DNA from: Octopus vulgaris
Taxonomy: Eukaryota
DNA length: 64,000 bases
Assembly: GCA_951406725.2 (NCBI GenBank)
Contig: OX597821.1
Coordinates: forward strand, 80,228,001-80,292,000
Reading direction: 5' to 3'
Part shown: piece after piece, positions 42,630-57,178 of the stretch
How positions within the stretch are numbered: position 1 is the first letter of the stretch
How the letters are laid out: the number at the start of each line of letters is the position of its first letter
The notes under the pieces: generated by a model
What the model was told of the DNA's origin: nothing
Database searches by the model: none
Seen by the model: only the letters and a program-made list of their open reading frames with translations
Position numbers and translations under genes: made by a program

Positions 42630-43032
42630 CTCTTTACTTGTTTCAGTCAATTGACTGCGGCCATGATGGATCACCGCCTTTAGTCGAGCAAATCGACCTC
42701 CAGGACTTATTCTTTGTAAGCCTAGTACTTATTCTATCGGTCTCTTTTGCCGAACCGTTAAGTTACGTGGACGAAAACACACCGGCATCGGTTGTCAAGC
42801 GATGTTGGGGGTGACAAACATAGACACACAAACATATACACGCACATACACACATATATACATATATACGACGAGCTTCATTCAGTTTCCGTCCACCAGA
42901 TCCACTCACAAGGCTTTGGTCGGCTCGAGGCTATAGTAGAAGACACTTGCCCAAGGTGCCACGCAGTGGGACTGAACCCGGAACCATGTGGTTGGTAAGC
43001 AAGCTACTTAGCACACAACCACTCCTGTGCCT
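42630..43032 (-). mobile_element. SINE family A
   Basis: Full-length inverted copy. Confidence 0.9.
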
Positions 43033-43689
43033 ATGATACAAATATATAGCAAAAGGAATTCTGGTTTACATCTAAATTTGTCTGAATAAAATTGCGTAGG
43101 AGAAAACCTGCGTGGAAGCTTGTCGGAGAGACTGCATCAATTATTTAAAGATTCATTCCTGTCATACACAGTCACGTTGGTTCTTGCTGTATATTTTACT
43201 AAAGGCACAAGTGTCTGTGTGAAACTTATCCACTTCCACTATCGTACAATGATGAAAAAGATCAAGAGATCAAATAACAGGGGTATGCTATCTACCACAC
43301 GAATGACATTGAAAATGGTTGCACGTTTAGCCGCGAGGCAATAAATACGTGGGCCGCCTTCTATCGGTGGATTTGTAGTTCTTTTGGGCGACCTCAAGTT
43401 GATATTTACAATTAGTAAAATGTTTTACTACCAATTCATTATGGATGCATGCGTGTGCATGTATGTGTGTATGTATGTGTGTGCGTGTTTGTTTGTTTGT
43501 GTGTAGGTGTATTCGTGCGCGTGTGCGTGTGTTTAAGAATAGTATCAAGACTCACGAACCACCAGTTCTCTGCCGGTCTCTCTCTATCTCTCTCTCCCTC
43601 TCTCCCCCCCTCTCTCCCCCCCTCTCTCATATATATATATATAAATATATATATATATATGTGTGTGTTTTTATATACATATATATATA

Positions 43690-43738
<49 letters not shown>

Positions 43739-43836
43739 GTACGACTATATATATGCACATGCAATGAAATATCTATGTTAGTGTGTTGCCACTTCGTATG
43801 TATATGTATAAATATATATATATATATATGTATATG

Positions 43837-43880
<44 letters not shown>

Positions 43881-44343
43881 TATACATACACACACACACA
43901 CATATGTAATATTGCTAGTGCTAACACGCATAAACAGAATCACTTACTCATATGTGTAATTCGAATATGTAAGTGTTGGTATTAGTAGTGTGCAAATGTC
44001 TGCCGGTTTCTTGGTCTTGTCTGTCTCTGTGTTTGTGTGTATGCATGTGGGCCTAAAAGGGGCGGCGACTGCTTCAGAAGCACCAATTTCCATAATGAGA
44101 AGGTAGGGGGCTGTTGATGTGCGAGTATGTGTAATCTTGGGAATTAATACTCAAAACAATTTTCTCCCCGCGCCATCCCCTCCTCCGTATTCTATACGGA
44201 CGATGTCTCATCCGACACCAACGCCGCCACTGCCTCTAACAGCACTACAACAAACTCCCTTAAAATATGTGAAGGGAATATTTCGGCTTGCAAAGGATAC
44301 AGACTGGGGGGGGGGGGAGTTGTCATGTATATCTGTCATAGAC

Positions 44344-44380
<37 letters not shown>

Positions 44381-44678
44381 TGTGTGTGTGTGTGTGTGTG
44401 TCTGTGTGTGTGTATGTGTGTGTGTAAGTGTGTGTGTACTTGTCTGTTTAAACAGACGTATGTATATAGACGCAAACAGCTATACGGAAGCAGTGAGAGA
44501 CACGCAGACAGACAATATACATGTATGTGTGTGTATATTTACACACACACACATACATTCATGTACATACATATATGTATATAGGTGTGTGTATGTGTTT
44601 ATATATATATATATATATATATAAACACACATATATTTATATATAACACTTCAGTGATACATTAATATACATTTGTAT

Positions 44679-44736
<58 letters not shown>

Positions 44737-44780
44737 ACACACACATATACATATATACATGCATATACATACATATATAT

Positions 44781-45088
44781 CACCGTCACCGTGACAGACC
44801 AGGCTATCAGATGTTGCTACACATCGCTGGTCACAATGCGCTTCGCATTGTCTTACCCTTCAAATGACGCCACCCCGCTGGCTAAGCGAGCAGGCCAACA
44901 GAAGAAAGAGTGAGAGAAAGTTGTGGCGAAAGAGTACAGCAGGGATCACCACCAACCCCTGCTGGAGCATCGTGTAGCTTTAGGTGTTTTCGCTCAATAA
45001 ACACTCACAACGCCCGGTCTGGAAATCGAAACCGCGATCCTACGACCGCGAGTCCGCTGCCCTAGCCACTGAGCCATTGTGCCTCCAC
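44781..45088 (-). mobile_element. tRNA-derived SINE, family C, inserted in (TA)n
   Basis: Minus strand GTGGAGGCACAATGGCTCAGTGGCTAGGGCAGCGGACTCGCGGTCGTAGGATCGCGGTTTCGATTTCC (A and B boxes), 3' end CACGGTGACGGTGAT. Related heads at about 12300-12410(-) and 20315-20410(+). Confidence 0.75.
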
Positions 45089-45488
45089 AATTACATATAT
45101 ATATGCATATAATATATATATATATATACACATATATATACATGTATATATGAGTGTGTGTGTATACACACTCGCGCGGACACACACTTACGTAAAGACA
45201 TACTTACACATGCACAGACATGCATAAACGGACATTGTGCTTGGGTAAAATTGTAGTGCTAGAAATAGCAACCAAATCTCCTTTAAATCTTACAGTATAG
45301 CTTTAAAAAGAGTAGGCACCCACTGGAGGACGTAGACATAAATGTGTGAAAAGGCGTGTTTGCCATGAATGGAACACTTTTGATCATAGCCAACAGAGTT
45401 AGCACTGATCTGGGACTAAACAAGTTACAACTAAAACTGATATACACACACGCACAGCTTAGCAAATACACGAATATACATATGAATA

Positions 45489-45713
45489 CAGTAACGTCTC
45501 GAATATCGCGGGTGTTACGTTCTAAAACTCACTGTGGTAGGTGAAAATCCGCGAAGTAGAAACAGTACTGAACTGTATATATTTTAAAAAATTATCTTCA
45601 TAATTTGTTCATATTTATTTCATTATAACTGCTAAACAACACCACAGAGGAATTGACTTAAGCTTAAGTAACAAACCGCGATCGGTGAACCGCAATATGG
45701 AGAGGGATTACAG
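45489..45713. mobile_element. pogo/Tigger-like MITE
   Basis: TA|CAGTAACGTCTCGAATATCGCGG ... CCGCAATATGGAGAGGGATTACAG|TA: imperfect TIRs with CAGT-type ends and TA flanks. Confidence 0.6.
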
Positions 45714-45727
45714 TATGTATCTTTATG

Positions 45728-45811
<84 letters not shown>

Positions 45812-45948
45812 GTGTACATTCTTGTGTCTGGGGAGAGTCATTCTGTTTTAATGCCTTATTAATTAACATGCTCACCGATTCGATATCCACTCATTTACTT
45901 ATATATTTTTCTAAAAATTTCGTTGCTTCTTGCAACCTCTTTGTCAGT

Positions 45949-45982
<34 letters not shown>

Positions 45983-46105
45983 GATAAGAGTAAATAATTT
46001 CCATAAAGGCTTTTAAAAAAACCCCAATTATTTACTGGTAGAATTCGGTATGTAAATATAGCCGATTACCGGCAGGAACTTCTGTAAAGTTCAGTATATA
46101 TATTG

Positions 46106-46167
46106 TATATAAGAAAAAGGGACAGGCAAAACAGGTACCTGTTTTGCCTGTCCCTTTTTCTTATATA
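46106..46167. repeat. Perfect 62-bp palindrome centred on GGTACC
   Basis: TATATAAGAAAAAGGGACAGGCAAAACAGGT|ACCTGTTTTGCCTGTCCCTTTTTCTTATATA. Confidence 0.97.
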
Positions 46168-46196
46168 TATATATATAGATAGATATATATATATAT

Positions 46197-46268
<72 letters not shown>

Positions 46269-46827
46269 ACAGACAGATAGACAGAGAGAGATACGCTGCG
46301 TATAGGAATAGTTATTCAAACAAGTCAACAGGCGGATGTACATGTGTTAAACATAAAACGCATTTATAAGAAAATATATACATATTTACTCGTATATATA
46401 TATAGTAGATGTAGTTTATGGCTGTGTAAGTTAGTTTCTCAGGCAGTAATCAGTATTCAGATATGGGCCAGACTTTCACATACAATTGGAGGATGCAAAA
46501 ACATACATGCACACATTCACTTAGACACACAAACACACTTGTGCATAAGCGCATGTATACACACCAGACATGTTGACGCAGAAGAAAGGAACATATTATA
46601 TGAGTAAGTGTGTGTCTGCATGATATGTATATATGTGCGTGTACACACGCACAAACACACACATATACACATACATACGCATTCATATATGTTTACGTGT
46701 GTATGTTGCGCTTTTTTGTAAGTGTTTTTATACGCGAGTGTTTATGTGCATCAACGAAGAAAGTAAGACGGACATACAAACATATGTAAGTGTTTGAGTA
46801 TGCATTATACAGACAGACAGACAGACG

Positions 46828-46863
<36 letters not shown>

Positions 46864-46886
46864 TACATACAGATAGACAGACAGAC

Positions 46887-46977
<91 letters not shown>

Positions 46978-47555
46978 CGAACGTCTGTGTGCTCGCGCGT
47001 ATGTGTGGGTTGCATGCATTAAGAGGGAAAACTACAAATTAACGTCTGGCCCGAAAGCATGTGGTTCGTTTGGCCTACTAGAAATAGCAGCTAAATCTTC
47101 CAGTAATCACACCCAATAGCTCTGATAAAGTGATGGGCAAATGGCAAAATGTAGTCTTAGCTGAATTAAAAAAAGACTGGATCATCGCGGGTGAAATATC
47201 TTTGATCGCATACACACACTTACGTGCATGTGTGAGTGTGTGTGTGTGTGTGTGTGCAAACGGATGTGTATCAGATATGTGTGTGTGTATGTATATCAAA
47301 TGTCTCCTTCTGTCTCAGACACACGATGGGAAGAATTCAAATACGATACTGTGCAGCATACACCCTGTGTTGTCATTAACGAATATGAATGTTTATAAAC
47401 ATGAATGCTATGTGGACTTAATATATACTGAGACAAACATACGCAGATAACATTTGCGAGTGTGCAAGTTTGAGAGTTTATATATTTGTATATGGGCGCG
47501 TTATGTGTGTGTATGTGTGTGTGTATGCTTATGTATGTGTATGTATATTTTCAAC

Positions 47556-47638
<83 letters not shown>

Positions 47639-47804
47639 ATGTATGCCTATGTATGTGTATGTATGCTTTCGACTATATATATATATATGTGTGTGTGTGT
47701 GTTTGTGTGGGTGGGTGAATATATTTACATACAAACACATGCACACATTCATACATATATGTTTATATATATATATATACATATATATATACATATATAT
47801 ATAC

Positions 47805-47953
<149 letters not shown>

Positions 47954-47955
47954 TA

Positions 47956-48155
47956 TACGAGGGATGCTGAAAAGTTCCTGACTTTAAGGGTATCTTGAAG
48001 TGCCTTGTTGGAGGCCCAACCTTCCTAGTTATTTTTCAGGGCTTAGAAAAACTGAGGTCCCGCTGCAATAAGTGTGTGAATCTGGGGTTGGATAAAACCA
48101 TAATTAACCGATCCTCCTGTTTTGTTTTTTACCCAAATCCAGGAACTTCGTACGT
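47956..48155 (+). mobile_element. Mariner-derived MITE relic
   Basis: Left end TACGAGGGATGCTGAAAAGTTCCTG and partial right end CAGGAACTT..CGTA. Internal peptide [17 protein letters not shown] resembles the mariner transposase C-terminus (GIxKLxxRWxKCI). Confidence 0.6.
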
Positions 48156-48643
48156 ATCTTTTCATCTTTTACTTGTGTCAGTCATAAGACTGCGGCCATG
48201 CTGGGGCACCACCATGAGGAATTTTAGTCGAATGATTGGATCCCAGTACTTCCTTTTCCCAAGCCTGCTACTTACTTTATCTATCCTTTTTGCCGAACCG
48301 CGACGTTGCAGGGACGTAAACACACCAGCACCGATTATTAAGCGATATATGGGTTGGTGTGCGACTCAGTGGTGAAGCAGTTTTTAACCAGTGAAAAACA
48401 TTTTACAGATCCAATGCAATCCCATACATATTCGAACTTATATAAAATTTACACACACACACACACATACACACACACATACACATACATACAGACATCT
48501 GTGAGTATATGTGTGTGCGTATATATGCATTCATTCATTAAATTAGATTAACTGGGGACTCAGTGTGATAGGTTTAGATGTTTGGATTGCAGAAGCCGTC
48601 AATCCAAATTCGTTCACAAGGCTTGGACCAAGACAAGGTTAGG

Positions 48644-48694
<51 letters not shown>

Positions 48695-50413
48695 GCGCAG
48701 CGGTATTGAAAACGAGACTTCACTGTTGTAAAGTAAACATGCTAACCACCCTGCCATGAGTTCAAAAGTATGTTAAGTTAAAAATTGTCTAAAGTCGTAA
48801 GACGCTCCTGTCCTTGTACTGTCCACCTTCGTGTTTTTTATTTCTGTTTCTTATATATAATTTTGTTTCTTGTATTTACATTCGTGTGGCATCCTGTCTT
48901 TGTTCCGTATACATTCGACCCTCTTTCCAAGAAATCCAATGCCTGTGGCTTGGATTTTCCTTGGGGCTGGCCGGATCGGAGTGATATCGAGATTAAACAG
49001 CCGAAATTACTAAGATGATCCGGTTCCCGACTGAAGATTAGAGGCTTCGAGTGACCCGTCGGTTTTTTGGGTCGTCTCCTTGTGTGTTTTTGCGTTTTTG
49101 TCCCACTTTGTAATTTATATTTTATATTAAATCCTATATATATATATATATGAAGACTTCGCCGAGCAAATTATTTTATTTGCTAAAAACAGTCAGAAAC
49201 CATGGTCCGGGAGATAGATGGTAAATGTTTTTATTTTTCATTCCCTTCAAAGTTTTATCCCTAATAATGGTTTGGACTTTGGCTGCTCCTTCTAGCGTGC
49301 CAGGAATCCTCTCACGGATACCTCTTATGTGTTTAAATGTACACTGTATGTATATATATATCAAGTGTCTCAGAACGAAACTATGACGTTGCCTTTGGAT
49401 TGTCTCTCTTCAAGGAACAGCTGGTAAATGCTCTTGTTTGTTTGTTTTTTTATGCAAGCTTCACCTGTCCATGTTCTCTGATGCTGTCGCGAAGAAAGGC
49501 AACGGCTGATACAGTCTGGAACCAAAGTTTACCGAATACGTTGTCGTCAGCATGCTAATACCTAGAACAGCTATCCTAGCTCTAATATTCCCGCTAATTC
49601 ATTGCTCTGGACTAGTAATTTATTTATGGACACAATAAATGGCATAAAATTCCTCAAGGACATACTCTGGCCTCTGATCTTCAGATGAGTTACTACTTTT
49701 CTCTGTCCTTTCTACTGGTTTTATATTGAGTTCTGCTCCTGAGATTTGGCTGGTCTCATGCGACCCGATTCAAACATTCCAGTATTGACTGTTTCCCCTT
49801 CTCCTATCAACCTTGCTCTGTCTACAATCCCACACTTACTAATCCCTATGACTAGTCCTTTCTAAAAACCTCATCCCTCTGGAATGCCCCCTCTGCTCAT
49901 GTCTTCCTCCCCCGCACAAAGGCCCAGCAGAATATTAATGGCATCAATCTGATGGATCTAATAGACCCTACACAGGCCATAGATACTGCACCTTTCTCCA
50001 GACCATGCAAATTCCGCTTCATTGTTATACATATGTATACATACCACATTAAACACAGAAGACAATATACTAACGCGCTCACAATCACAAAAGTGTATGC
50101 GTACGTATGAAACGACCAACAAAGTTTTGTGAAAATATATTGAACATGCACAACAGAATAAGGCAGGAAATCGCCACGAAGATAGACTACGAATTCATAA
50201 GTCCCAATACGTCCCATTAAAGTTGAGACAAACATCGTAATTGCCTAAAAACGGGAAACTGAAATGAAAAATAATTTATCTGTCGCTGGAGAGAAATAGA
50301 TTCTTGATCTAGTTTTAAGGTTTTGTCAGAGGTTAACGAGATTAAAGAAATAAATAAAAATAACACGAAGGTTGATGTCGGTGAACAGTTAGAACATTCA
50401 TACATACATACAA

Positions 50414-50468
<55 letters not shown>

Positions 50469-50672
50469 CATACAAGCATATATATATACATACATACATT
50501 CAAGCATATACATATATATATATATATACAAGTATACATATGTACATATATATATATACATACATATATACACACACGTACGCACGCGAGCACACACACA
50601 CACATATACATATATATATATACTTGTATGCACATAATCCTATACACATGCACTTACATGCATACATATGTA

Positions 50673-50712
<40 letters not shown>

Positions 50713-50735
50713 CACATATACATATGGGTAGATCC

Positions 50736-50766
<31 letters not shown>

Positions 50767-51568
50767 GGTCCCGGGTTGATTCGGGGTTAACCACAGTAAG
50801 TAAGGTACTCAATACATAGCTTCATGAAACAGTACTAGTCCTGTAGAAGCTCCTTCTATATAATAAATATATATATATATATATATATATGGGAGAGAGA
50901 GAGACAGAAAGAGAGAGAGAGAGAAAGAGAGAGATTGGGTCGGCTTATGAATACTTGTAGGCCATGCCTGAAGGATTTGAGAAACACCGTCCGTAAATGA
51001 GTGTTTATTCTGAAATATCTAATTCTTTAACCTGTTTCCCTGTAGGGACGAGGGTCCTGTAAGTGAACCTTCGGGAAAGGCTCAGTTCATCAGTTCGACC
51101 CAGTACATATGATTAGCTGGGTGATTAATCTATCAGTTCCTTTTTGTTGAACCGCTATGTTGCGACCGTTCAATTACACGAGTATACTGAAGAGACAAAT
51201 GCAAACACACACACACACATACACACACACATACATACACATCTTCATATACATATAAATATACTTATACACATATATGTTTGTATAATATACATGCACA
51301 TATGTATACACATATCATACAAATATATAAACACACACACACACACACACATATAACAACTATATGTTTATATAAATATGTATGCACACACATATATGTA
51401 TACATATATACTTATATGTAAGTCTATATCGATACACATGCACTAATATATATATATATATATATAATTAATCAATATAGGGTGGCAAAAAAAATTTTGT
51501 AGAATTCTTTTGCCACCAGCGGCCTAGTGGGAAAAATTAAATAGTCATAAACCATTTTTACGTTCAAC

Positions 51569-52012
<444 letters not shown>

Positions 52013-52569
52013 ATATATGTGTGTATATATATATATAATACATATACATATATATATGTATATATATATGTGTGTATACATACATATATACACATATAAA
52101 CACAAACACACAACAAACACATATATACATATGTATGTATGTATGTGTATACATTCATATATATATATATATATTCATACATATGCATTATTTTACATTA
52201 TTTTACACCAGCATCGGATGTCAAGCGAGGTTGGGGGTACAAACACACACACACACACATATATACATATATACGACGGGCTTCTTTCAGTTTCCGTCTA
52301 CTAAATCCACTCACAAGGCTTTAGTCGGCCCAACCTACTCATCCAAAGGACCACATTGGAGCCGAAACAGAAAATACGTCGTTGTGAAACGGACTTCTTA
52401 ACCATCTATCCACAATTCTTACTTTTTAAAAGAGGAATTAATTTGCTCCCAACCGTATGAATGAGTGGCAGGTGAAAGGAGGGGAAGAGTTCTCCTGAGA
52501 TCTGCAGGTATTTGCAGCTGCAAAGAAGTATCCATCCAAGGGAGCAGCTTAAAACAGATTTTGAAGATA

Positions 52570-52753
52570 CTCTTTTACTTGTTTCAGTCAGTTGACTGCG
52601 GCCATGCTGGAGCAACGCGTTTAGTCGAGCAAATCGACCCCATGACTTATTCTTGGGAAGCCTAGTACTTATTTTATCGGTCTCTTTTGCCGAACCACTA
52701 AGTTACGGGGACGTAAACACACCAGCATCGGTTGTCAAGCGAGGTTGGGGGTA

Positions 52754-52803
<50 letters not shown>

Positions 52804-52920
52804 CTTTGATCGGCCCGAGGCTATAGTAGAAGACACTTGCCCAAGGTGTCACGCAGTGGGACTGAACCCGAAACCATGTGGTTGGTAAGCAAGCTACTTA
52901 CCACACAGCAACTCCGGCGT
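52570..52920 (-). mobile_element. SINE family A (a partial copy also at about 52205-52400)
   Basis: Inverted copy with internal (CA)n and a deletion. Confidence 0.85.
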
Positions 52921-53412
52921 CATTTATTTATTTTATTATCGATCACAGTAAATTATCAAATTAATTTTGTCGACATCGATGGGCTGAAAATTCGTGTCCC
53001 AATATTAAAATCTCTGCTCCGTGCTGCACACGCACACAGACACAGACTAATACATACACACGCACATACACAGACACACACATATGTGTGTGCGTGTGTA
53101 TTTGGAGCTTATACATATAGTGATAAGAAACCCTCAAGGGAGCTGAACAGGAGAAGGTTTCCACAAGGGTAACATCCCTCGGGCAAATGTTTCTTCCCTT
53201 AACTTCTTACACTCTAAGATGGGCCGGGCTGCATTCAGGTCATGACTCCTGGGTACCCTTATATTGACACTCTTTAGCCACTTGGGTATCGGAGACTTGT
53301 GCATAGAAACCGCCAGGAGATTTCCTTTAGTTGTACCTCCTCTCCGTTCACTCAGCTTTCAAACTCACATAAAACACACGAAAAGAGAATGAATTCATAA
53401 TATTTGCTTAGA

Positions 53413-53443
<31 letters not shown>

Positions 53444-53748
53444 TGTGCCAACCACTTTACTAGTGTACCCGCATACAAGTAGAAGACACTTGCCCACAGG
53501 TGTCACGCAGTACTGAACCCGAAACCATGTGGTTGGTAAGCAAGCTACTTACCACACAGCAACTCCGGCGTCATTTATTTATTTTATTATCGATCACAGT
53601 AAATTATCAAATTAATTTTGTCGACATCGATGGGCTGAAAATTCGTGTCCCAATATTAAAATCTCTGCTCCGTGCTGCACACGCACACAGACACAGACAC
53701 ACACATATGTGTGTGTGTTTGTGTGACTCTGTGTGTGTATGCATGTAT

Positions 53749-53783
<35 letters not shown>

Positions 53784-53818
53784 TGTGCCAACCACTTTAC
53801 TAGTGTACCCGCATACAA
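52825..53818 (+). repeat. Local tandem duplication (A-X-B then A'-Y-B')
   Basis: About 52828-53046 is repeated at about 53479-53695. CATGTGCCAACCACTTTACTAGTGTACCCGCATACAA occurs at about 53442 and 53782. Confidence 0.9.
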
Positions 53819-54040
53819 CCATTCATACAAACAGACGTGCATGCATACAAAGATGTATGCAGATAACTATGCATGGTATATAATACAAGAGAGTTCGTGG
53901 AAAACCGTCTGGGCTCAAAAGGGATGTTTTTTGTAGAGTAACTGAAGGCATTTTCATACTCGACTGTCTTACAAGTCCGTTCTTTCGGATGAAGGATGTA
54001 TGATTGTATGAGCGTATGTATCTATCTAACTATCTTCATT

Positions 54041-54102
<62 letters not shown>

Positions 54103-54239
54103 TGCGTGTGTGTGTAACTTGCCTGAAGACTTGGTGCCCCCTCAGGTGAAAAAGAGACTGATGCGACCAAAATAAAATATATTAATCTATACTACGGTGT
54201 TTAGTACTCGTCTTTTCTGACAGATAACAGTAAACTAAT

Positions 54240-54272
<33 letters not shown>

Positions 54273-54333
54273 CATACATACATACATACATACATACATA
54301 CATACATACATACATACATACATACATACACAA

Positions 54334-54412
<79 letters not shown>

Positions 54413-54436
54413 AATGTATGTATATATATATATATG

Positions 54437-54523
<87 letters not shown>

Positions 54524-54729
54524 GTATATATACATATATACACATATGTATGTCTGTGTGCAGAGAGAGAAACAGAGAGAGAAGGAGGGGTAAATATTTA
54601 TTTGAATATGTATATATGTGCTTTTGTATGTCCACACGTATATACATTACGTGTGTACATGAATATTGTACACACACACACACACACACACACATACACA
54701 CAGAGTTTATGTTACTTATCGCTAATTAA

Positions 54730-55110
54730 AGCGGCGAGCTGGCAGAATCTTTAGCATACCGGGCGAAATGCTTAGCGGCATTTCGTCTGCCGTTACGTTC
54801 TGAGTTCATATTCCGCCGAGCTCGACTTTGCCTTTCATCCTTTCGGGGTCGATAAATTAAGTGCCAGTTACACACTGGGGTCGATATAATCGAATTAATC
54901 CGTGTGTCTGTCCTTGTTTGTCCTTTCTGTGTTTAGCCCCTTGTTGGTAGTAAAGAAATAGGTATTTCGTCTGTCGCTACGTTCTGAGTTCAAATTCCGC
55001 CGAGGTCGACTTTGCCTTTCATCGTTTCGGGGTTCGATAAAATAAGTACCAGTTACACACTGGGGTCGATGTAATCGACTAACCTACTCCCGTGAACTTG
55101 CTGGCCTTCT
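54730..55110 (+). mobile_element. Dimeric SINE family B
   Basis: Same architecture as 34278. Confidence 0.85.
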
Positions 55111-55333
55111 CTCAAGATCTTTGAACTCAATGTTTATCTATAATTGATTCCAAACAAATGTTTTCTTTTGAAACATTAAATTCCTTCAGGAAAATTGTAT
55201 GGTAAGTTGTCTCACGTCACTGTAGAACTGTCTCTTATTTACCCCCCAATGAATGATGATATGCAGGTTCGATTCTGGCAATACTCACATACCGACCTGG
55301 TGACTATCCATTGAAAAAATATTGTTTAACTAT

Positions 55334-55404
<71 letters not shown>

Positions 55405-55879
55405 CACATTTCTATGTATGGTATCTCTATAGCGATGTGATATAATTTTGTACGTATGTCATAAGAACAATAGTTATTTCTAGAAAAATTTAGGAATCTC
55501 TTCTACGCAGTCAGCCCACCTGTTAGAAATAGCAGCCAAATCTACTCCAAATAAACTCATGCGTTTAAAAATTAAGGCTTGCGTTGGATAATGTGTGCTT
55601 CGTTAAACATTGCTTTTATAAAAAGGTTGAGTGGTCACGGTTGGAAGGCTTTGATCACATGTCTGTAGGATCAGCATTGGTGCTGGGTTATTAAATAAAA
55701 TCAATTATTGTTGTTGTTGTTGTTACTGTTAATAATCCGATACACTATACGATCATGTATATCTCACATAAATTCAAACGTAAAGGTTTAAATGTTTATA
55801 TACTCATATATGCACACACACACACACACGTATGTTTGCATACTTTATATATATATATATATACACATACACACATACA

Positions 55880-55915
<36 letters not shown>

Positions 55916-55961
55916 TGTGTATATATATATTCAAATATATATGTGTATATATATATGTATG

Positions 55962-56017
<56 letters not shown>

Positions 56018-56043
56018 CATACATACACACACAATCATAATAC

Positions 56044-56080
<37 letters not shown>

Positions 56081-56514
56081 GTATGTATGTATATACATGT
56101 ATAGATGTATATACTTTATAAATATGCTTGTGTATACTCTCTCACACACGCACACATACGTATACACATACATAAAAGTAATAACACACACACGTGTTCT
56201 GAGACATAGGCATTACACGAGAACAAGCATAATCCCACGCCGCACACATACATGCATGCAAGCACTTGCTAACGACAAACCCATCCTTGGAAGTAACAGG
56301 ACAAAATACCTCGTCACTTGGTCAGTGTCCGGTTGTAATTCTGGTGAGAACTTTAATAATAAACCTCACAGAAGAACATACATAGATAGCATAACATTAC
56401 TTTACTTATATATATACAGAGAGAGAGAGACAGGCAGACACAGGCGGAGAGAATTATGAACAGTGACTTACGAAAGCCACACAGATACCCACGGATATAG
56501 ATAGGATGATTCAT

Positions 56515-56548
<34 letters not shown>

Positions 56549-57178
56549 GAATATATGAACAGATGTAAACACACACACACACTCTCGCGATCATATACAC
56601 GTCTTTTCTGAGATGGTCATTTTTATCCACGTCTGTCTGTTTACTCCACTCTTTCGCGCGCGACACACACACACATGCATTATATTTCGATGTGTGTATG
56701 TGTGCGAATGCGTCCGTGCGTAGATGTATTGATTGATCTTAATGCGTAGTACGTATTAGTTGTCGCTATGTATATACGGACACACACACACACACACACA
56801 TACACACACACACACACACACAGACGCACATGTACACATTTAAAATGCACAAGCTATGTATGCGGGCACGTAGATATGTATATATGTACGTATGCATGTA
56901 TCTCTGTATATGTGTGTACATATGAATGCATGTGGTAGGTAAGTAAACATATACTTTTACACACACACACACACACACTCGAACGGATATGCAAACGATA
57001 AAACAACAAAAGCAGACATGTGTTGTATGTGTATTCGTGTACTCGTATATATTATATACACAAAGATATACACACCGGTTTGTATTTAATTGCAGATCAA
57101 TTTCTTTGTTATATAAACTTTAACAAACAACTGGTGATTAGAGACAGTAAAAAGTAAAACAAAAAAACATCTACTTAC

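Noticed and set aside
45020-45088. tRNA-like sequence with A and B boxes
   Set aside because: No complete acceptor stem, and it runs into a SINE body and tail, so it is treated as a SINE head.
50000-50300. Possible second decayed PLE endonuclease fragment (GNRHEDRLRIHK...)
   Set aside because: Similarity too weak to support by eye; needs tBLASTn.
51060-51100. CTGATGA followed by a hairpin on the minus strand (TGAGCCTTTCCCGAAGGTTCA)
   Set aside because: No GAAA core or stem III follows, so it is not a hammerhead.
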